NCBI RefSeq assembly: GCF_037042905.1
Contig: NC_087251.1
Span: 36,272,001-36,336,000 of the forward strand
Reading direction: 5' to 3'
From: Lytechinus pictus
Lineage: Eukaryota
Length of the DNA: 64,000 nucleotides
The notes below the pieces were generated by a model. That model did no database searches and was not told where the DNA came from. It worked only from the letters and a program-made list of their open reading frames with translations. A program made the position numbers and the translations under genes. How positions within the stretch are numbered: position 1 is the stretch's first letter; each line of letters starts with the position of its first letter. This document shows, in pieces, positions 63,733-64,000 of the stretch.

Positions 63733-64000
63733 GCTTACACTTCCAGTATAGTAAAATGGCAATATTCTACTCACATCCAGAAATCTAGTAATCTCTTGGA
63801 GAACGATTCTATAGACTCCTATACATGCATGGGTGGATCCAAGATTGATAGGAGGGTGCACAAAATGAATTAACTCTTTTACTTAAACAGGGTAAGAATA
63901 AAGAAAGAAAAGAGATATATAGGGGAGGGTCTCAACAGCCCCACAAAGGACATATTACAAAATAGGGGCACATTTCATAAGAGGTTTCAAAATATACTTT

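Larger units (their letters stand above)
54828..64000. repeat. Tandem array of ~3.74-kb units (54828-58510, 58511-62250, 62251 to window end), one tRNA-Thr per unit
   Basis: Near-identical sequence recurs with a period of 3740-3744 bp. Identical spurious ORFs recur at 55186/58925/62668 and 58078/61818. Differences are mostly homopolymer lengths. Confidence 0.97.

Overview
AT-rich, intron- and transposon-rich animal genomic DNA. It is most likely a sea urchin or other echinoderm, inferred from the BP10/SpAN-type gene and the repeat landscape. Three protein-coding genes can be spliced by hand. (1) The last four exons of a peroxisomal FMN-dependent 2-hydroxyacid oxidase (HAO1-like, +, ends SKL at 3454). 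(2) A complete 8-exon tandem paralog (+, 11880-22672, 394 aa, ends AKL) with a Cys-rich N-terminal extension and a remodelled active site (the QLY motif reads HVH). (3) A complete 10-exon secreted astacin metalloprotease (-, 51490-27825, 652 aa; signal-pro-astacin-EGF-CUB-Thr-rich-CUB, BP10/SpAN type) whose intron 4 is GC-AG. From about 54.8 kb the window enters a near-identical 3.74-kb tandem array with one tRNA-Thr(AGT) gene per unit. The remainder is nested non-autonomous DNA transposons (hAT-, CACTA-, Tc1-, Harbinger-, Kolobok- and Helentron-like, plus a large Academ-like foldback), LINE 3' fragments, SINEs and minisatellites. The most unusual signal is a 181-bp SINE with a 7SL/Alu-domain-like head, a B-box, a (CA)n tail and a perfect 12-bp target-site duplication, inserted into an RTE-like LINE end. 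All coordinates were read by eye and no database searches were run.
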